From NCBI GenBank assembly GCA_964648765.1, contig CAZYLF010000001.1, positions 229,797 through 293,796 on the forward strand: a DNA stretch of 64,000 bases, given 5' to 3'. The position numbers and the translations under genes were made by a program. The notes under the pieces were generated by a model. The model did no database searches. It saw only the letters and a list, made by a program, of their open reading frames with translations, and was not told the origin of the DNA. Position 1 is the first letter of the stretch. Each line of letters opens with the position of its first letter. Shown here in pieces: positions 52,811 to 61,800 of the stretch. The DNA is from an uncultured Candidatus Saccharibacteria bacterium (GTDB lineage Bacteria; Patescibacteriota; Minisyncoccia; Phycocordibacterales; JACOZG01).

Positions 52811-55800
52811 ATGCCTAAATATAGTCTCGGCGCGAAGTTAATTCTGGTTGGAATATTTTTTTACTCAGCCTACGCCGGGAGTACGATTTACGAGGCTTAT
52901 CTCAACAGCGACTTTTTAGGAAATCTTAAATTAACCGCGCAAACTTACACTCCGCCACCTTCTACACTTAATGCTGTGGCTGACACACAGGTCCGTCAGG
53001 GGGTAAGCACAAACAGTAATGCTAACCTTGAGTACGCAATCTCTAATGACTCAAGTGCCGGCAATCGTCAGACGTATTTAAAATTTGATCTCTCAAATAT
53101 TTCTGGAACAATTTCTTCAGCGAAGTTGAAGGTTTATGTAATTAATACTGACGCCAAACCTATCACAGTCTCTTCTGTTGCAAACGACGCTTGGCAAGAA
53201 TCAACAATGGTTTGGAATACTAAGCCGGCACCAGTTACCTCGCTGGGGACATTAGATGTCTCTACTATTAATTCATATTCCACTGAATTTGATGTTACTA
53301 ACTTTGTTAAGTCTGCAGAAAATTTAAGTGATAAACTAGTTTCCTTTTCTCTTTCATATCCAACTGCCGACAATACAGCCAAGCCGTTTGTGGCGATTAA
53401 CCCAAAAGAAAAAGGTAACGGAGCTCAATTAATAATCACCTACAACTCTGTAACCACCACAACCCCACCACCGACTGCACCGGTCACTCAATCCACTCAA
53501 ACGACACAAACAACTCAGACAACCCAAAATCAAACCGGAGTCGGCGCTTTGGCTGCGGCCGCCCCAGAAACTTACAATCTCACGTTCTCAAATATTTTTG
53601 GCGGATCAGCAGATGATCAAACTCGCGATGTGGCATATGACAGCGCAGGAAATATTTACGCCGTTGGCGGCTCAACAGCCCCAGGGTTTGTGGCAACCGG
53701 AAGTGTTTTTGATACGTCACACAACGGCAACATGGACGCATTTTTGGTTAAACTAAATTCTAGTGGACAAGTACTCTGGTCAACGTTTATTGGCGGGCCA
53801 AATTATGACCGAGCTTATGCGGTGGAAGTAGATTCGGCTGGCAATGTGTTTGTGGCAGGAAGATCTGGCGCCGGTTTCCCAACTACTTTCGGTCCAGGCT
53901 TTCTAAATCAAAATATTAATGGCCCTGGCTATGATGCCAATCCTTACGGTCATCAAAATGCTTTTCTAGCTAAGTTTGATAGCTCCGGCCAGCGTCTCTG
54001 GGCTCGCTACAATCAAAAGACTGGGAACGAGGTTGGATTGTTTCGTGATATTGCCCTTGATTCAAATGGGAATATTTATGGTGTGACTACTGGTTATGGT
54101 TTATTTAAATTTAAAGCAGATGGTACAAACGATTGGGACTTACCATTAAAGGGAAATGGCTCTATTAATATGAATGTCCCTTCTGTTCGGGTTGATGGAC
54201 AAAATAACATTTACGTTTCTGGAGGAACAAACTCAACAAGCGGGTTAACGGTTGGTGGTTATCAATCAACTAATGGGGGAGGTTCAGCAGATATTTATTT
54301 GGCCAAAGTAAATTCAAATGGCAGTGTTGTTTGGGGTACATATGTGGGTGGTACCGGCGAGGAATTTGGCGAGACGCACAACTTGGCAGTCGACCCACAG
54401 AGAAATATTTACTTAGCTTACTCCACTAGGTCAAACGATCTTATCCCGGCCAGCGCCACATTGGATGCCACAAGTTACGATGTTAATTTTGGTGGTGGGG
54501 CAGATGGTTTTATTGCAAAGATCGATACTAATGGAAATTTGAAAGGTGCAACTTATCTCGGTGGTAGCGACGTGGAAGAATTTCAAGGTGTAGATACAGA
54601 TTCGGCTGGCAATGTTTACGTTTCGGGGAAGTCTAAGTCTAATCTTTCTTTAAATAATCCTTTATTCCCCGCCAAACCTTCATCTGTAGGTAATGAAGAT
54701 ATTATTTTTGCCAAGTTTAGTAGTGATCTTGGGAGTTTAGTTTTTGGAACGTATTTTGGGGGTAGTACTAGTGAGAGTGGTCGCTCGCTCGATGTGCATA
54801 CCTCTGGCGCAGTGGCGGTTGGTGGCCAGAACTCTGCTTCCGGTAACAGTGGTGTAGTTTTAGGATATGTGCAAGGTTCAGCTCCAACTGGTGATCAAAC
54901 TCCACCAACACTCTCCAACCTTTTACCTTCTGGCACAATTGCGGCCTTACCTTTACCTATTCTGTCAGTAACGACTAACGAGGCTGCAACTTGTCGTTGG
55001 AGCACCACTGCCAATGCCAGTTTCAGTAATATGAATGCCATGACAGCGCTTGGCAATGTGCACACCTCACTTGGACTCTCAGGTTTACTTGCTGGTAGTT
55101 CTTACAACCGTTATGTTCGTTGCCAAGACACTTCTGCTAATCAGAACATGAGTGCCGAGTCGACGATTACTTTTACGATTTCTATTACTGTCGGTGGTAG
55201 TCTCCCGCAATGTGTTGCCGCCGCTAACCACGATTTGCCAGCCACCGGTACTTCAATTGGTTCTGGTTTGCCCTCGAATTTCGAGGGCAGCGGAGTGGAG
55301 TGGCATTCAGTTAGAAATAGCTTCTTTCTTGTTCATGATGGAGGCACGCTCTTTGAGCGAAGGGCAGACGGAACGGCGGTGGCCCAATGGAGTATTGGTG
55401 GAGATCTAGAGGGCGTGACGGTTGCCGACCCAAATAGTAATTTTATTTATGTGGGAGTTGAGGACCCAGACAGTATTAGAGAAATTAATTTAATAAATGG
55501 GCAAGTCACGCGTACCTTCGACCTTACGCCTTGGATGACTGGTGCCGCTAACTCCGGACTGGAGGCGATCACTTTTGCCCCGATTGCTGGTCACCCTGAA
55601 GGCGGAATCTTTTATGCTGGTCTGCAAGCCGATGGTGATATTTACGCCTTTAGCTTGCCGATTAAATCCAGTGCCACCTCTGTCACGGTTACATCACTAA
55701 ATGATCCACTAAATCCAACTAACTATTATAAAATTACTGGCAATAGCACAAACACAGATATTGCCGGCATGGATTATGATTCATCGATAGATGTGCTCTA

Positions 55801-58800
55801 TGTTTTGTATGATTCTAATAATTTACTTCAAGCATTAAATACTAAACGTGCCGCAGTCTCTGGCGCTACCTATGGCAGTGTTATTGAGTTCTGGGACTGG
55901 AATACTACAGATGATAGAGAAGGTATAGATATACATAACTGTCAGCTTTATGTCACCACTGATCACGCGGGAGCACCAAAAGGAGACTTTTTGTATTTCC
56001 CATTTGCGGGTTGTATTGCTTCTTGCAGCGCTCCAGCGGGGGATACCACCGACCCCACAACTCCTGGCACACCTACAGCTACAGTAGTTTCAAGTTCACA
56101 AATTAATTTATCTTGGGGAGCTTCAACCGACGCTGTGGGAGTAACAGGTTACAGAATTTATTTAAACGGCACAGCTAACCCTGCCAATTTACTAACTACT
56201 GTCACAGGCCTTTCATATTCACACACTGGTCTTGCCGCCAGCACTGTACACACCTATCGCGTCACCGCCATCGACGCCGCCGGCAATGAGTCCGCCTTTG
56301 CCGGCCCCGTGAGCGCCACGACACAAGCGCCACCAACAAACGTGTCTTGCCCGCAAGGCTCGCTAGCTAGTCGTTGTTCTGGTGTGGCACCACTCGGAGT
56401 ATTCTTTGATGCCACCAATCTAACTTTTAATGGCGTTGCTAGACCATTCCATGATCTTGAGTACGAGTGGAACTTTGGTGACCTAGCTTCTGGTAACTGG
56501 AGCACGAACGGTAAAAGTAAAAATATTGCTTATGGTGCGGTAGCCGCCCACGTATTTGAAAGTGTAGGCACTTTTAATGTAAATCTTAAAGTTAGAAATG
56601 GAACTAGTATTTTGCATGACCAAAATTACCCAATTTCTGTCGGTTCATTTTTGGCCCTGCCAAGCGCCCAGACAATGTGTTTGTCTAACTCCGGCATCGA
56701 CACAAGTTGCGCGCCAAGTGCTATAGCGGAAAATAATTTCGACGAGGCGTTCGACTGGCTATTCCAGAGTGACGGCCCCAGACGAGTTTTGGTAAAAGAG
56801 GGTGAGACATTTAGCAATCTAGTTCCACGGGCGGGGAGTACACAAATATCAGATAGAACTGGCCCATTTATTTTAGGCACCTATGGAAGTGGAGCCAAAC
56901 CCGTTGTGAACATGTTGCATAATAGCTGGTTACAACTCTCTAACACCACCAAAGACGTGGTATTCGATAATATTGAATTTAAGGGTAAATATAACATGAC
57001 GAGCGCCCCGGCAACTTTTACTGGTGATAATCGTCTTAGTACTGATGGCGAACACGTACTGTTTCAGGGACTAAAGGTGAGCGGTATGAATTATGGTATC
57101 TCTTGGGGTGGTAAAAATGTATTTATCCATGACAGTGTTGTAGAACTCCAGCACGACTACAACGTCTTTGGTTCTGGCGATAACTTCTCTGCTCAAGGTC
57201 TCCGTTTGGGTAGCGTGGCCAATGAAAGTAACATGAGGAATACAAGCGCAAGAAAAGCTGTTTACTCCCATAATATATTTAAACCAACGATACACTATGT
57301 AAGATTCGAGACCAATTTCAGACTCCATGGATCTGATCAACCAGGAAAGAATACTAGATATGTGATAATTTCTGATAATGAATTTACCCGTAATCCTGGC
57401 ATAGGCAATGTTGGTGGTGGACCAAACGTGGGGCCTGGTAATGGTTCCAATCCAGACGGGAGTATACCAAGAGAGGTTGTGGACGATGTAATTGTGGAGA
57501 GGAATATGATGCGGATAACCACGTCTGAGGGCACCATGAACGCAATGGATGTTTGCACCATGAATAACCTGACTATCCGTAATAACATTTTTTCTGGACC
57601 TCATAATGGAGGAGTTGGACTGTGTAGTTCAACGTACCCGGGTTGGGATAGGGGGGCAACTCGAGTTGATGTGTACAACAACACAATGTCGGCTTCAGGT
57701 GACCCAAGATTTATTGCAGTTGGTAATTTTGGGACGGGTCCGACAACGTGGAATATCCGAAACAACATTGCCAATATTCCAAGCGCCACACAGGTTTCTA
57801 TTAATTCTCGGAGAATGGCCGTGGACAACATTAACGAATCCAATAACATTTGGTTTAAGGCTGGCCAGTATCTTGCTGAAATCCCAGTGGACAACATTCC
57901 TACGCCAGTGACTTATTCATGGAGTAAGGTGGCAGGGTCTGGGACAGTGCAGTTTTCGAGTTCCAATATTGTAAATCCTTCCGTCACCATTAGCACACCG
58001 GGCCAGTACTTACTTAGATTAACCTCCACAGATGGTTCTCGGACTGCTTCAGACGATGTATTTATTGATTATTTGAGTGCCGCTAATCCGACTACTAAGT
58101 TCAATATCGGCGCGCCAATTTCTGTGTCAGTTCCAACTGCTACAGTCTATTCGTCGGCTTCTGCAAGTAGTGCACTTGGCACACAGAATAACGGCGCTCC
58201 GGGTTTAGTTATTAGCGGTCCGGTTACTAACGCTTCAGGAACTTGGTGGGAAGTAGACTTTAACAATGGTGTGGATGGTTGGGTGGATGGGGCGGTGATT
58301 AAAATGAGGAAGTCACACATTGTTAATCCCTCGAACGCTGATCCACTGCTCGATATTACACGGCAAGGTGATATTAGCACTCAAACCGGGCAAATTTCTT
58401 TAGACCCGACGGTTGTTGAGAGATTTTCTTTAACTACTTGGAAATCTTGTGCCGTTGGCCATGCATGTAAAGGTCAGAATAGTTTTAATTCGGATCCAAA
58501 CATAGACCCAACTAATTTTAGTTTAACTTCCTCCAGTGTGGCAGCAATTAACACTGGTACATCTATGCCAGTCTGGAAGGATTTTGCTAGCAATGTTCGT
58601 CCGTTCAGCAATACAAATTACGACATTGGTGCGTATGAATCTGGCTCAACGGTTTCTCCAACTACTTACACTATCAATGCCACAGCTGGATCAAATGGTT
58701 TCATTTCTCCGTCAGGTTCAGTAAGTGTTAATTCTGGCGCTTCGCAAACTTTTATTTTTACCCCATTAAATTCAAGTTTCCAGGTTGCCACTGTCACAGT

Positions 58801-61800
58801 TAATGGTTCACTCGTTCCTAATCCAGGGGCTAGTTACACTTTTAATAATGTCACAAGTAACGGCCAAACAATAAATGTCACTTTTGCTCCTGTTTCAGTG
58901 GTTGATCTGTTGCCCCCAGTAGTTTCATTAACTAACCCATCTGCCGGTGCGATAGTTGAGGGCGTGGTTAATCTTAGTGCCGATGCCACGGATGATGTGG
59001 GGGTGCTCGATGTCCAGTTTAGGGTTGATGGAGTTAATTTAGGTAATCCGGTGATCGGCATCAATCCTTATATTAAAAGTTGGGATACAACCGCTCTGGC
59101 AAATAATTCCCAGCACATCATCACTGCTGTGGCACGTGACGCTTCTGGCAAAAGCACTACATCATTACCAATTACGGTAACAGTAAATAGAGCTCCACCG
59201 GTTGTGATTAGCGCCATGACCGCTACCACCTTTATTCCACCAACCCCAGCAATGTTGGCGGTGACGGCCGCTGATGTTACTGGCCCTGTAACTTGCCGAT
59301 TCAGTAATGTGGCCAATACCTCATTCGCCCAAATGCCAATTGGTAACACTCTTACCGCAAACGGTATCACTCATTCTTATAATTTTGGCACTTCACTCGC
59401 TGCCGGTAACTACATATATTATGTACGTTGCCAAGACTCGGCCGTTCCGCCAAACGCTAATACCCAAGATCTCACAATTAGCTTTACCGTCGGCACAACT
59501 CAAACCAACGACACCGCTGCACCATCTGTCCCACAAAATTTATCTGCCACAGCAATCTCCAGTTCACAAATTACTTTAAATTGGACTGCTTCCACTGATA
59601 ACACCGCCGTAACAGGCTACCGCATCTTCCGGGGGACTGATCTCATTAACCCAGTTGCTACTTCCACTGGCACTGGTGTTACTTTTACTGATTCAGGTTT
59701 ACAAGCGAGCACTCAGTACATCTACCGCATTGCCGCTATTGATGCTGCTAATAATCAATCAACACTCTCGGCTCAAGCGAGCGCCACAACGCAGGCACCG
59801 CCAGCAGGTGGAACAACATATTCCCTAAGTTTGATTAGTGATGATTCTGGTAGTATCACGCCAAACCCACCTCAGTCAGAATATACTCCTGGTGCAGTTG
59901 TTACTCTCACAGCTACTCCAGCGTTTGGTTATCAGTTTACTGGTTGGACTGGAGCACTCACGGGGACGACCAATCCAGCGACGCTTACTATGGATGCTAA
60001 TAAGACCGTAACTGCAAGTTTTGTGTTGGTTGGAAATGGAAACTATCAGATTGGTGATCGGATAAAGGTTGTGGACGGACCAACAGTAATTTTTGATGTT
60101 ATTTCATCAGCATCTAACAGTCAGGGTAGTCAGTATACTAGTTCGCCTGGGACAATCATTGGTGGCCCAGCAACAGCTGCAAACGGGTCAGTGTTTTGGC
60201 AAACTGATTTTGATATCAACCCCGATGGTTGGGTAGATCAATCGGATACCATTTTGTCGCCACAAAGTAACGACGCCCTTGCGCCTTATGTGGAAGTGCG
60301 GAGATTTACTCCCGAGGATGTTAGTGGAACAATTACCTTTACTGCTGACGTGCTTGACCCAGTCCTTTCCAACGAGACAACATCCGGCATAGCTGGTGTC
60401 CGCTTTATTGTTGACGGTCAGATGATTGGTGCAGAAGATACTTTTGCTCCTTATCAGATAAGCTGGAATTCTCGATCTCTCTCTAACGGTTATCACGTGG
60501 TAACGGCGATCAGTCGTGACAATGCCAGAAACACTCGGCGCGCTCCACCCACGGTTATTCATATTGTTAACCCGACCACTCCTAAAGAAATTTATTATAT
60601 TTCTAATACTGGCAGTGACACCAATGACGGTCTGCATCCAACGCAAGTGGGTCCGGGTCAGGGTCCTTGGCAAACAATCGCTAAGGTTCAAACAAATATG
60701 GGTAATCCTGGCACCAAATTTTTATTCAAACGAGGTGGAGTTTATCCTGTTACAGCTATGGTCTCTAACGACCCTGGCTTAATCAGAATTACTCATGTTC
60801 GAGACTTGAGTTTTAGTAGTTATTACAATAGTGATGGCAGTGACGATCCTTCTCTACCACGGCCGGTGATTAAGGGTGACGGCACCAAACATATTTTTGG
60901 TTATTATTATGGGGGTGTTGGTGTTAATGGGCGAAGGACACAAAATGATCTTAATTATTTGATTGAAAATCTTCGTCTCGAGAATCCAATTGGTAATAAT
61001 AGTGGTGGTGGAATGAGGCTAAATAATGATCCATTTGTTCTTGGAACCCTTACTATGCGAAATCTGGAGATAGTTGGTGGCAATGTTGCTATGGTAGTTA
61101 CTGGCACCCAGCGATACATTTTAGAAAATAGTATTATTCATGATACCTGGTCCGGCCCATTTGCTGGTGGTGCCGGTGACAGTATTATCCGGAATAATAA
61201 ATTTTACGCTTGCGGTTTAGAACCGACAGCTACACAGGGTTCTGGGTTACATCAACATTGTATTTACGCTACCGCTAATCCGGAATCATTTAACTTGCTG
61301 ATTGAAAACAATAGTTTTGAAAGTAGCCCCCTTAGCCCGGGAGTGATTGTTGTTTCTCGAGTCAAAGAAGGTAATTATATCCGCAATAATCATATTTATT
61401 CTAGTTTTGCGTCTGATTATGGGATCGGTATCGCTCCTGGGGGTACATCTGGTTCCGAAGTTAATATTCAGCATTTTCGCGATATTGAGATTTCAGGCAA
61501 TTTTGTGACCGGTAACGGTGATGCTATTAGTCTCGGTGGTGTTAGTGATGTCAGAGTTTTTAATAATATACTTAATGATCAGCAGAACAGGTTATCCTTT
61601 AGTTTGGATTTTGCAAACACCATTAATAAATATGTTCGTTTCTTTAACAACACTATTTATAATTTCGGTGGAGATAACTCTGGTGCACCAATTATCCGTG
61701 TTGATGGTAGCGTGAGTACTGCTGGTGAGCGACGGAGCACCTATGTGCAGGTGGTCAATAACGTCATCTTTGCTAACCGGCCGAAAATATTCCATTATAA

